Virus record (IMG/VR): IMGVR_UViG_3300031851_000014
Span: 4,146-68,145 of that record
Source of the DNA: a virus
DNA: 64,000 nucleotides
Reading direction: 5' to 3' (one strand)
Position 1 is the stretch's first letter, and each line of letters begins with the position of its first letter. The notes beneath the pieces are model-generated. The model saw only the letters and a program-made list of their open reading frames with translations, did no database searches and had not been told where the DNA came from. Of this stretch, positions 38,528 to 46,706 are shown one piece after another. Made by a program: the position numbers and the translations under genes.

Positions 38528-39064
38528 ATGTTAAATTATTTGATTCTGGCTACACTCCCGTTGTTACCTTTAGATGATACTAATAATGATAATTCAGTAA
38601 TGGACTATCAGATCTACACAGATGGACCACGTACGGTGTACGAAGGCGCAGCCAAACTCAAGTGGGACGAGAACGTAACTGCTTGTGTTACCTACACTTT
38701 CGATCTTGTACCGGGACGCTTGGCGGGATCTCCGGTCTCTTCGCAACCGGGTGAACCCATGCTTCCCTATGATGAAGTTATAATCTCAGATAACGAGATC
38801 TACGTTAGCTGGGAGCGGAACCGCACTGACTTATGGCCTACCCCTACGGAGTGCCACCGTAGGTTTCACTTCTTTGTTATTAAAACACAATTTGATGCTG
38901 ATGACCTCAGCGCACTCTTAAGTGACTGGGGACCACCTTATGTTATTGACCTTCCGTGGCCTCAGAAGGACTACACCTATATGTCCCCTTGGGATCTTAA
39001 CTTAGACACTGTGGTAGACGGTAAGGACTTGGCAATCCTTTTGGCGGGTTGGAAAATCGACTAG
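38528..39064 (+). CDS. Secreted-type protein with C-terminal dockerin-like (Planctomycete-type) repeats
   Basis: N-terminal hydrophobic stretch; DADDLSALLSDWG and PWDLNLDTVVDGKDLAILLAGW. Confidence 0.65.
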   Translation: MLNYLILATLPLLPLDDTNNDNSVMDYQIYTDGPRTVYEGAAKLKWDENVTACVTYTFDLVPGRLAGSPVSSQPGEPMLPYDEVIISDNEIYVSWERNRTDLWPTPTECHRRFHFFVIKTQFDADDLSALLSDWGPPYVIDLPWPQKDYTYMSPWDLNLDTVVDGKDLAILLAGWKID

Positions 39065-39152
39065 GGGGTCAGGAATTTACATGGGGGGATAATCAAAATT
39101 TCACTGGGAAAGTCCCCCAGTACCCCCCCTTAGCTCTTGAAAGGAGCCAACC

Positions 39153-39710
39153 ATGACTAACGTCACCACTACCGCTATCACCTCCCTCAAAAAAATGTAC
39201 GAAGTTACCCGACGCTTTATTAGCGACTGCGAGTTTGTTTACCGAACAGAAGGTACGGAAGGAGCTAAGATGATGGCTGATGATTATAGGAAGGATATCG
39301 AGAAGATTGAAGGAGAGATTCTTGATATCATGCTGTCAACAGATGCCTACATGACTCCTAAGAATTGGAAAGATGCCCGCGAAGCTAACGACTCGTTGAC
39401 ATGGTTTGACGAGGAACTTACTCAGAAGTGGACTGAGCCTTCGGATACTATTGGTTCAGGTGTGCGACAAATGGGTTCAGTTGAAGTGGTTGTAGGTGGA
39501 GTGACGTACACGTTCTCTACTGTCCTGATGTTCGATCTCGGTGAAGATTCGGCATTTTATTATCACACAGTTGTTTGGGCGAACGGTGAGTCCGTTGACG
39601 AAAGTTCGCGAGAAAGTAGTAACTATCAAGAGGCTGCTAACTATGGTGAAATTCTGATGGAAATCGTCTGCGAAGAAGACGATGATTCTGACGATCCCTC
39701 ACAGGGCTAA
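39153..39710 (+). CDS. First early gene, acidic hypothetical protein (185 aa)
   Basis: GAAAGGAG RBS; strongly acidic. Confidence 0.7.
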   Translation: MTNVTTTAITSLKKMYEVTRRFISDCEFVYRTEGTEGAKMMADDYRKDIEKIEGEILDIMLSTDAYMTPKNWKDAREANDSLTWFDEELTQKWTEPSDTIGSGVRQMGSVEVVVGGVTYTFSTVLMFDLGEDSAFYYHTVVWANGESVDESSRESSNYQEAANYGEILMEIVCEEDDDSDDPSQG

Positions 39711-39724
39711 TCGCCCGGCCCTGC

Positions 39725-39760
39725 ACAAGCCCACCCTCTACCGAGGGTGTCGCTTGTTTT
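39725..39760 (+). terminator. Bulged stem-loop with T-tract
   Basis: ACAAGC..CACCCTC-TACC-GAGGGTG..GCTTGT-TTT. Confidence 0.5.
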
Positions 39761-39793
39761 CTTCCACTATCACGTGTCTCGAAAGGACATACA

Positions 39794-39877
39794 ATGATTA
39801 ATATTATTGCTCTGATTGTGCTTATTGTTGTTTGTGCTGTTATGACTTTTCTTCCTCTTATTGATACTGACGACTGA
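39794..39877 (+). CDS. Single-TM micro-peptide (27 aa)
   Basis: Read manually: MINIIALIVLIVVCAVMTFLPLIDTDD; GAAAGGA RBS. Confidence 0.55.
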   Translation: MINIIALIVLIVVCAVMTFLPLIDTDD

Positions 39878-39888
39878 AGGAGGTGTAC

Positions 39889-40104
39889 ATGATGTATGCC
39901 CTCAAGCAGTGTGTGTTGGCCTTGGTGGCCTTCCTTTCTTTTTCGGTGGGTTTCGGTATGATTCTCTTTCTGGCGTCGTTCAGAGAGACTGCCGAGTATG
40001 GTGTCGTGAGCATGCTTATGCTCGGGTACGCCCTCATCTTCGTGATGAGTGGCCTGCTGCTCGGAAGAGCCGTCATCCTTAGATTGGAGGCTGACAAGAG
40101 CTGA
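39889..40104 (+). CDS. Small two-TM membrane protein
   Basis: AAGGAGGT RBS; two hydrophobic helices. Confidence 0.65.
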   Translation: MMYALKQCVLALVAFLSFSVGFGMILFLASFRETAEYGVVSMLMLGYALIFVMSGLLLGRAVILRLEADKS

Positions 40105-40109
40105 TAGCG

Positions 40110-40141
40110 TAACTCTGCTCCCCTAACGGGGGGCGGGGTTA
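40110..40141 (+). other. Long GC-rich hairpin (terminator or RNase III-like site)
   Basis: TAACTCTGCTCCCC-TAAC-GGGGGGCGGGGTTA. Confidence 0.5.
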
Positions 40142-40280
40142 TTTCAGAAAGGAGATCAAGGATGATCTCAGACACGGATGTCACTTTCACTCTGTTTTAC
40201 TTTTGGTTTCATTGGATCACGCATCGTGCGTGGCTCTAATGTGCCTTCCACTATCATCCCCAATGGGAAAGGTTTTTACT

Positions 40281-40832
40281 ATGTTTCACCCGAACTCAAA
40301 CGCAACTATCACTTGGAAGAAGAATGCCAAAGAGTACGATGTTATTCGTTACTCGATTGGCGATCAGGACGCATTCAGTCAGCGTTGGAAGTTTGATGAC
40401 TGCCGCAATGAGTGGCGACCCCACTATCACATGGTTCGTTACATGTGTCTCAAGGAGCTGGAAGCCAGCCTCTGGAGTTTGATGACAAATGGAAACAAGA
40501 AGTTCAGGGACCACGTTCACACGGTTTCGTCCACTCCTCACGATCATCCCTCCACTATCAGGGAGCTTCGGCTCAAGGCTGTGCGGACGGATCATCATGT
40601 CACTGATCTGGGCATTCGGACCACAGGTGAGCCTGCGCTGATCTATGCCCGCAAGGTGTTGGCGGGTATGAGCAAGAGAATTAAGCATGTCACCGCTGTG
40701 GCGACTGACAAGCACGGCAACAAGGCGCACTTCAACGCCTACCGTGACTTTGAGCGGTCATCACACATGCTGTTTGTCGATAAGTTCGGCAACCGTGTGT
40801 CCCGTCACAACATTTCTACCATTGTCGGCTAA
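40281..40832 (+). CDS. Early hypothetical protein
   Basis: GAAAGG RBS before ATG 40281, in frame with ORF 40203..40832. Confidence 0.65.
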   Translation: MFHPNSNATITWKKNAKEYDVIRYSIGDQDAFSQRWKFDDCRNEWRPHYHMVRYMCLKELEASLWSLMTNGNKKFRDHVHTVSSTPHDHPSTIRELRLKAVRTDHHVTDLGIRTTGEPALIYARKVLAGMSKRIKHVTAVATDKHGNKAHFNAYRDFERSSHMLFVDKFGNRVSRHNISTIVG

Positions 40833-41120
40833 TATGACGGACCTCCCCCAAGAGTTCCGCTCAAGACCCCTCAAGACCACCCGCACCAAGACCCCTTGCG
40901 GCTGTTCCACTATCATCCTCCTTGGGAAGGTCTCGCACAATCCCCCGTGGGAAGGCCAAGCCGTAGGATCCTCCCTAAGACCCCCGACCATCAAGTGGGG
41001 TCTCGGGTCATCTTTATCATTCAAAGCCCTCAGGCGGCCTCTCCGGGCCTCTGTAGGGATTCTTGGGACTGCCTTGCGTAAGGTGGCCCCTGCTTATTTC
41101 TTTCCGAAAGGTTATCTCCA

Positions 41121-41378
41121 ATGTACGAATGCAGTGATATCGATCTTCTTATCGTCCGTCGTATGCTTGCGGCTTCCACTGAGGACTGGGTGTCTGCTTC
41201 GATTCGGCAGATCAATGGTGTCTCGGTGGTCTTCACTGGTTGTGTGAAGAATCCCGATTTTCCTGAGGAACCTGATTTCCTCGGCGGCGTGGATTTGTTC
41301 TCTCTTCGGGAGAGCTTGGAACCCGGTGAGTTTGATCTGTTGATTCAGAAGATGGACGAGTTCGAGGTATCCAATTAA
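41121..41378 (+). CDS. Early hypothetical protein
   Basis: GAAAGG RBS. Confidence 0.65.
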   Translation: MYECSDIDLLIVRRMLAASTEDWVSASIRQINGVSVVFTGCVKNPDFPEEPDFLGGVDLFSLRESLEPGEFDLLIQKMDEFEVSN

Positions 41379-41403
41379 CCCTGTTTCTTAGAAAGGAAAC
41401 ACA

Positions 41404-41787
41404 ATGCGTGACCATACTAGAAAATTGGCGCAGACCCGCAATCGCGTCGGTTCAACAATCAAGTCTCTTGAAGAGACACAAAAAGAGATCAAAGACAATT
41501 TGATCAGACTCAGAAGCATCCTGAATGAGACCCAAGGCTACGACTACGATGATGTGGTCGAATTCAGATTGCCTGTGGGAATCCTCCGTGATATGTCGGA
41601 CAGGATGCTCCGAAAGCTCACGGATCGTCGAGAGGAGATCGGCCCAGAGATTCAGGAAGCTAAGGAAACTTGGGGTCAACTGGACGAGCGTCTTGAAAAA
41701 GAGATCACCAAAGAACTTAAGACTAAAGGGATTTCACCAGCAGAAATTGAATTTATTCATGACTTTATAACAGGAGGTAAACAATGA
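41404..41787 (+). CDS. Early coiled-coil hypothetical protein
   Basis: GAAAGGA RBS; heptad-like composition. Confidence 0.7.
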   Translation: MRDHTRKLAQTRNRVGSTIKSLEETQKEIKDNLIRLRSILNETQGYDYDDVVEFRLPVGILRDMSDRMLRKLTDRREEIGPEIQEAKETWGQLDERLEKEITKELKTKGISPAEIEFIHDFITGGKQ

Positions 41788-42011
41788 ATCAGAACACGGG
41801 CGACACTTGGGTTTACTCAGACAGCAAGAAAGAGTTCCCTGATTCTCACAGGTGGTGGGGGGAATTGCTTTGGTATCTTAGTGAACAAATTCACTGGAAA
41901 GTAGGTCCACCGACTCCCAAGTTTGTCAACAGAATCAAGGAGTATGGGGACAAGTGTCCTTATAATGATATTAAACGAGACATTCTAAAACTTTTGAAAG
42001 GAATCCAATGA
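41784..42011 (+). CDS. Early hypothetical protein
   Basis: AGGAGGT RBS; ATGA overlap. Confidence 0.65.
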   Translation: MNQNTGDTWVYSDSKKEFPDSHRWWGELLWYLSEQIHWKVGPPTPKFVNRIKEYGDKCPYNDIKRDILKLLKGIQ

Positions 42012-42268
42012 GAGATAAAAGAATGGTTGTCAATCCCAATCCCCGGAGCGGTATCGAGGTGAAGGATGCTGAGAAGATCCGAGAGAGGATCTTTGAGATC
42101 AACAAGCAGCGAGAAGCATGGTGGCGGAAGGAGCGGAAGAGGCACCAGCTTAGTGGCCGCAAGTGTAAGCTGAGTCAGTCTTACATTACCCACAATCTGG
42201 ATGATTTGTGGAGAGATCACGGTGTCTGTGATCTAGAGTCTTTTGAACGAGTTGCTAAATTCCTTTGA
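42008..42268 (+). CDS. Early hypothetical protein
   Basis: GAAAGGA RBS; ATGA overlap. Confidence 0.65.
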   Translation: MRDKRMVVNPNPRSGIEVKDAEKIRERIFEINKQREAWWRKERKRHQLSGRKCKLSQSYITHNLDDLWRDHGVCDLESFERVAKFL

Positions 42269-42279
42269 AAGGGAAACTA

Positions 42280-42546
42280 ATGGAACTTAACGAAGAGTTT
42301 CGTGTCTTTGTTTATGATGATTTGTGTAAGAATGCCGAGGGTTTCTGTGCTATCCGAGTATGGAAATTTGAGAGAGAAGAGGATGCCCTCAAGATAGCCA
42401 AGGATCTATGCGAAAGATTCAACAGCGAAAAAGATTACATGAAGAATCTCCTTCGGTACTCTGTAAGAGTCCACCGATTTCACGGCTATGACCTACAGTA
42501 CAGGTCAGGCCAACCACTGTTTGATTCAATCAAGGAATACCCATGA
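42280..42546 (+). CDS. Early hypothetical protein
   Basis: GAAAGGG RBS before ATG 42280. Confidence 0.6.
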   Translation: MELNEEFRVFVYDDLCKNAEGFCAIRVWKFEREEDALKIAKDLCERFNSEKDYMKNLLRYSVRVHRFHGYDLQYRSGQPLFDSIKEYP

Positions 42547-42764
42547 ATCAGAATGCAATTGATACGTACAAGAGGTCTCAAGCCTCTTTCATACGCCCTC
42601 ATTTCACTACAGATAGTTCTAAGTTGATGCAGTTGTGTGTCAGGCTTAGGACTATTGTCCCTGTAGTGGAGGGTCTCATGGCTGATGTAAAGGAGATCTC
42701 TGAGGAGATGGACGCTATCCGTAAGAGAATGGAATACGGCCCTGATTATAAGGAGACTAAATAA
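42543..42764 (+). CDS. Early hypothetical protein
   Basis: AAGGA RBS; ATGA overlap. Confidence 0.6.
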   Translation: MNQNAIDTYKRSQASFIRPHFTTDSSKLMQLCVRLRTIVPVVEGLMADVKEISEEMDAIRKRMEYGPDYKETK

Positions 42765-43063
42765 TGATCGAAGAAGAGTACGATTACCTTGATCACCATG
42801 TGGTGGTTGATATCGAGGTCATGGAAGACAACCAAAAGATTTGGTACGATGTGACCTGTCCTGATGGGCTGGTAAGAGGCCCAGATGTCTCCCCTTACGG
42901 TAATCAAAATGATTGCGTAAAGAAATGGATTGAGATATTCATGAAGTTTGGCAGATACCCTGAACGTGTCGGGGTTGGTCCCTTGACTATGCACGATCTT
43001 TGTTTGATTGAAATGGGATATGATGCCGAAGCTGCACAAAAGAGTCCTAGAGATTTTAAATGA
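42764..43063 (+). CDS. Early hypothetical protein
   Basis: TAAGGAG RBS; TAATG overlap. Confidence 0.65.
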   Translation: MIEEEYDYLDHHVVVDIEVMEDNQKIWYDVTCPDGLVRGPDVSPYGNQNDCVKKWIEIFMKFGRYPERVGVGPLTMHDLCLIEMGYDAEAAQKSPRDFK

Positions 43064-43130
43064 TTACCTGAGGTCTGCCAATGTGGCGGGCCTCTGTTTA
43101 TTTCCATGCCCTAAGGGCAGAAAGACTATT

Positions 43131-43463
43131 ATGTCTAACTACAACACTAGCGTTTCCTCACCCGTCCGTGGCAACATCACCCGCAAGGACGGTAAGCCGT
43201 TCACTGCAAAGGTGACCTTCTGGATCAACAAGACAGATCCAACGGCCAAGAAAACTTGGGAAGTGGACCTGAAGAGGGACACCATTCTTGAACTGATTCA
43301 TGAAGTTAGGGAGATCGAGAAGAATTACAAAGCCAAGCACGGTATCAAGTGTACTGTGTGGAAGGTTAACTTTGGTCCCAACTTGTTCATCGACCGCATT
43401 GCGGACATGAAGAAGTCCCGACGTGAGTGGGCTGTCGCTCAGGCCGCCGGAGGTGTGCGTTGA
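43131..43463 (+). CDS. Early hypothetical protein
   Basis: ATG 43131 after AGAAAG; codon style matches the other early genes. Confidence 0.65.
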   Translation: MSNYNTSVSSPVRGNITRKDGKPFTAKVTFWINKTDPTAKKTWEVDLKRDTILELIHEVREIEKNYKAKHGIKCTVWKVNFGPNLFIDRIADMKKSRREWAVAQAAGGVR

Positions 43464-43482
43464 GCGGTTGCTCGACACTAGA

Positions 43483-43535
43483 GGTATCCCGAGTCCCCTC
43501 TGAGGCAAGCGTCTCAGAGGGGGTCTCAGGATCCC
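43483..43535 (+). other. Long stem-loop at the end of the early block (terminator or RNase III-like site)
   Basis: Core CCCCTCTGAGG-CAAGCG-TCTCAGAGGGG with imperfect outer pairing. Confidence 0.55.
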
Positions 43536-43638
43536 AGATAGATTTCATTACTGCTGTACTCATTCTTTGTGTAGTTGCACTTATATGTTACAATTGCCTA
43601 AAGAAATCTGATTGAATCCCCGATAGGAAAGTAGCGTT

Positions 43639-43660
43639 TAAAAAACCCACGTTATAATAA
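43639..43660 (+). promoter_or_regulatory. Repeated promoter-like motif, copy 2 (TAAAAAACCCACGTTATAAT)
   Basis: Intergenic, upstream of an AAGGAG RBS; flanked by the inverted repeat GGAAAGTAG/CTACTTTCC. Confidence 0.65.
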
Positions 43661-43680
43661 CTACTTTCCAAGGAGATAAT

Positions 43681-44052
43681 ATGCGTAAGCTAGTTGATCG
43701 TGATGGGTTCGTTGTTGCAGGTTGTTGGAAGAAAGCTACTAACCTAGTAGTGAAGGACAAGTTGTATCTAATTGTAGATAGAACTAAACAAAACAAGAAC
43801 CTTAATGAAGTGCAACAGTTGCATAATGATGGTGAGTTAAATGTACATGATCCAGTATGGTATCATTTCCCTGCTAGTAAGGACCAGCCTCAAGGTATCT
43901 TGAAGGTGTTCCCTAGTATTGCACAGCAGTGGAAGAACTATATGAATAAGAAGTATATTAAACCTCACTCACATAAGTTGGATAACATTGACTCGTCTAA
44001 GTTTGATGTTATCTTGTCTAAGTACCGTTATGAATTTTCACAAGGAAAATAA
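43681..44052 (+). CDS. Hypothetical protein
   Basis: AAGGAG RBS; first gene after motif copy 2. Confidence 0.7.
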   Translation: MRKLVDRDGFVVAGCWKKATNLVVKDKLYLIVDRTKQNKNLNEVQQLHNDGELNVHDPVWYHFPASKDQPQGILKVFPSIAQQWKNYMNKKYIKPHSHKLDNIDSSKFDVILSKYRYEFSQGK

Positions 44053-44053
44053 A

Positions 44054-44206
44054 ATGATTTGGGAAATTGTTAAGAGTAACTCTTGGTTCTGTGTCTGTCG
44101 TATTACAGATGGAGAGATTGAAGATGGCTTTACTAACGAAGAGGATGCCGAACGTTTCAAGGCACACCTCGAAGCTGAAGACGGAAAGGATGTCGCCAAT
44201 GGATGA
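44054..44206 (+). CDS. Small hypothetical protein
   Basis: AAGGA RBS; MIWEIVKS... Confidence 0.55.
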   Translation: MIWEIVKSNSWFCVCRITDGEIEDGFTNEEDAERFKAHLEAEDGKDVANG

Positions 44207-44402
44207 CAGAATTGTTGATGACTTGCAGACTATATCAAACAAGGCTTTCATTACTCTACAGTATTACAGCTATGAGTTTAATGAAGAGCCTGACATTAAG
44301 AAGGTTGTCCTTCGTGATGTGTCTAAGATTGAATGGTTGGTTAATGAACTTAAAGCTTATCTACTTAAGGAGACAGCACCATGTGCGCTTACGGAAAAGT
44401 AA
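44199..44402 (+). CDS. Small hypothetical protein
   Basis: GAAAGGA RBS; MDDRIV... Confidence 0.55.
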   Translation: MDDRIVDDLQTISNKAFITLQYYSYEFNEEPDIKKVVLRDVSKIEWLVNELKAYLLKETAPCALTEK

Positions 44403-44623
44403 TGGTAAAGATTGAATACCGTGGACAGTTAATGGAAGACATGCAGTTCCATTCATATGAAGAAGAACTGTCGGAGCGTCACAAGCAAGACATCCGACAC
44501 CACATCGAACAGCACTACCCCAATGAGTTAGATCATGTTCGTATCCTTCACCGTCTTGAAGATATATCCTCAGAAATTATGGGAGAACCCGATGAGTTTG
44601 TTTCTAGTACCAATGAAGATTGA
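44402..44623 (+). CDS. Small hypothetical protein
   Basis: TAATG overlap; MVKIEY... Confidence 0.55.
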   Translation: MVKIEYRGQLMEDMQFHSYEEELSERHKQDIRHHIEQHYPNELDHVRILHRLEDISSEIMGEPDEFVSSTNED

Positions 44624-45269
44624 TTATGTAGATAGCATGGGTGGAGACTTGACTGTTGTTAATTCAGCCCGTGTATCGTTCGGTAAACATGCCAATAAAC
44701 TTTCTGAACATGACTTAAAACTAATTAAGTTCCTTGCCAGAAAGGATCACTTCACTCCGTTTACTCATAGTACTATAACTTTTAGAGCGAAGGTTCCTAT
44801 CTTCATTGCTCGTCAGTGGTTTAAACATACGGTAGGATTTTCATACAATGAAATGTCTCGTCGTTATATCGACAGTGACCCTGAACTATATGATATCCTA
44901 GACACATGGAGAAAGAGACCTGACAAGTCAATCAAGCAGGGATCTTCAAAAGAATATGTTGACCTAGAATCAGATGAGACACAAGATGATATCTTGACTC
45001 ATATGCTGGGCGGTATTGATATGTATAATTATTTAATTGAATCAGGTGTATGCCCTGAACAAGCACGATCTGTCTTGCCCCAGAATGTAATGACTGAGTT
45101 CATTGTATCTGGTAGCTTGTCGGCATGGGCTAGGTTCTACAAGCTACGCTCTGACTCACATGCACAAGAGGAGATTCGTTGGTGTGCCCATCAGATTGAT
45201 AAGGAGATCAGCAACCTACCGCAATTCACCCATTCTTGGGTCGCGCTTAAGGAGAACAACAATGGCTAA
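44592..45269 (+). CDS. thyX: FAD-dependent thymidylate synthase
   Basis: VVNSARVSF, HFTPF, RQWFKH...SYNEMSRRY, EQARSVLP, LRSDSHAQEEIR. Start is 44592 or 44613. Confidence 0.93.
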   Translation: MSLFLVPMKIDYVDSMGGDLTVVNSARVSFGKHANKLSEHDLKLIKFLARKDHFTPFTHSTITFRAKVPIFIARQWFKHTVGFSYNEMSRRYIDSDPELYDILDTWRKRPDKSIKQGSSKEYVDLESDETQDDILTHMLGGIDMYNYLIESGVCPEQARSVLPQNVMTEFIVSGSLSAWARFYKLRSDSHAQEEIRWCAHQIDKEISNLPQFTHSWVALKENNNG

Positions 45270-45372
45270 AGGTCTAAGGATTGTAAAAGATTTTAAAGGT
45301 AAAACGTCTGGTCGTCCCCGACGTTCAAAGAAAAACAAGTATGGCCTCAGGAAAAGAGGAAGGAAAAACTAA
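45262..45372 (+). CDS. Basic micro-protein (36 aa)
   Basis: TAAGGAG RBS; MAKGLRIVK... Confidence 0.55.
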   Translation: MAKGLRIVKDFKGKTSGRPRRSKKNKYGLRKRGRKN

Positions 45373-45574
45373 CGTGTCCCCGAAGAATAACAATGACTTT
45401 AGAAAACTTGATCGAGCAAAGGATAAGATCAAGATGCCTAAGAAAAAAGAAAGACAAGATTGGTCTAGCTCTGCTAGTGATAACTTAAATATACAAGATG
45501 ATTCAGTCGATGTACACCCAGATGATTGGCTTAACTTTGATGATAATTCAAATGAAAGTGAAGGTGCCGATTGA
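45341..45574 (+). CDS. Small hypothetical protein (start uncertain)
   Basis: ORF fills the gap; acidic C-terminus. Confidence 0.45.
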   Translation: MASGKEEGKTNVSPKNNNDFRKLDRAKDKIKMPKKKERQDWSSSASDNLNIQDDSVDVHPDDWLNFDDNSNESEGAD

Positions 45575-45699
45575 CTGGAGCTGATGGCTTGTTAATATAT
45601 CAGATGGGTTGTTTTGATTACTTCATTGCTTTAGGAATTACCGGGCTTGCGTTAAGCTTGGTTATGAAACTTTTTGATAGAGATTAAGGAATTATAATT

Positions 45700-46680
45700 A
45701 TGTCACACGAAATTACTGCTACCGACTCCGCCGTCTTTCAGGGAACCAAGGCTTGGCACGGACTGGGCTACGTTGTTGAAGAAGAGATGTCACCAGAAAG
45801 AGCAGTTGAAGCTGCTGGACTTGAGTGGTACGTTCACAAGACTGATGGTGTGTTCGGTTACACCGATAAGGGTACAACTGTAATGGATCACAAGAGGTGC
45901 ATGACATACCGTGAAGATACTAAAGAAGTACTTGGTTATGTGTCTCAAGATTACAACGTCCTTCAAAACTGTGAGCTTGCTCAACTTGCTTACTCTGTTT
46001 CAGAGCTTGCTCATGTTGAGTCTGCTTTCTCTATGATGGGAGGTAAGCGTATTGTTCTGCTACTCAAGGGTGGCAGTATTGAAGTCGGTAATCAGAATGA
46101 TGTTCTTGACGATTACTTCTGTCTTGTTAATGGTCACGATGGTAAGTTCTCTCTTCGTGCATTCGGTACGTCAGTGCGAGTGGTGTGTAACAACACGCTT
46201 CAGCTTGCGTTGTCGCAAGCCAGAGGACAGACTTACTCGATCAGTCACAACGGTGACTTCCAGACTAAGCTTACTGACATGCGCCGAGCGTTGGGTCAGT
46301 ACAGCAAGTCACGCGATTGGTTTGCTACTACTGTCAACGAACTTGCAAAGAAAGAAGTTAGTACTAGTATGCTTGAAACGTTCTGGATGGAATCATTCGC
46401 AATGACTGTGGGTGATGATGTCCTTAAGGATCGTGACCGTTCGATCAAGGAGTCCATCAGGTTCCTTGAGAATGTCAAGGTTACATTTGAACAGGAACGT
46501 GACGCACTGAATGTGCCTGCTTCTATGTGGCTTGCTGCTAACGCAGTGACCAACTACGTGCAGCACAAGACGGCTGACCGTGGACGCAAGGCTTCTTACG
46601 AGAGTCGTGCTGGTGATGTGCTTATGGGCAAGAGAGCCGATCTCTCCCGTAAGGTGATGAAGCACGCCATGACCGTCTAA
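45700..46680 (+). CDS. DUF932 / phage-plasmid LGT family protein
   Basis: AWHGLG, AGLEW, LVNGHDG, VRVVCNNTL, W.AANAVTNY..H motifs. Confidence 0.85.
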   Translation: MSHEITATDSAVFQGTKAWHGLGYVVEEEMSPERAVEAAGLEWYVHKTDGVFGYTDKGTTVMDHKRCMTYREDTKEVLGYVSQDYNVLQNCELAQLAYSVSELAHVESAFSMMGGKRIVLLLKGGSIEVGNQNDVLDDYFCLVNGHDGKFSLRAFGTSVRVVCNNTLQLALSQARGQTYSISHNGDFQTKLTDMRRALGQYSKSRDWFATTVNELAKKEVSTSMLETFWMESFAMTVGDDVLKDRDRSIKESIRFLENVKVTFEQERDALNVPASMWLAANAVTNYVQHKTADRGRKASYESRAGDVLMGKRADLSRKVMKHAMTV

Positions 46681-46686
46681 TCCCCC

Positions 46687-46702
46687 GCCCCCTTCGGGGG
46701 GC
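46687..46702 (+). other. GC hairpin with UUCG loop immediately 5' of tRNA-Lys
   Basis: GCCCCC-TTCG-GGGGGC; no T-tract. Confidence 0.55.
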
Positions 46703-46706
46703 ACCC

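Larger units (their letters stand above)
39762..40916 (+). repeat. Five dispersed CCACTATCA direct repeats (12-nt contexts starting at 39762, 40246, 40419, 40550, 40905)
   Basis: Exact 9-mer seen five times in about 1.15 kb; two copies directly precede an RBS and ATG. Confidence 0.75.

Noticed and set aside
39762-40916. CCACTATCA and CAAGACC repeats as a CRISPR or mini-array
   Set aside because: Repeats are too short and irregularly spaced, some fall within coding sequence, and there are no cas genes.
43427-43615. 62-aa ORF with a hydrophobic tail
   Set aside because: It overlaps a real gene end and a long hairpin, and has no convincing start or RBS; a shorter peptide cannot be excluded.
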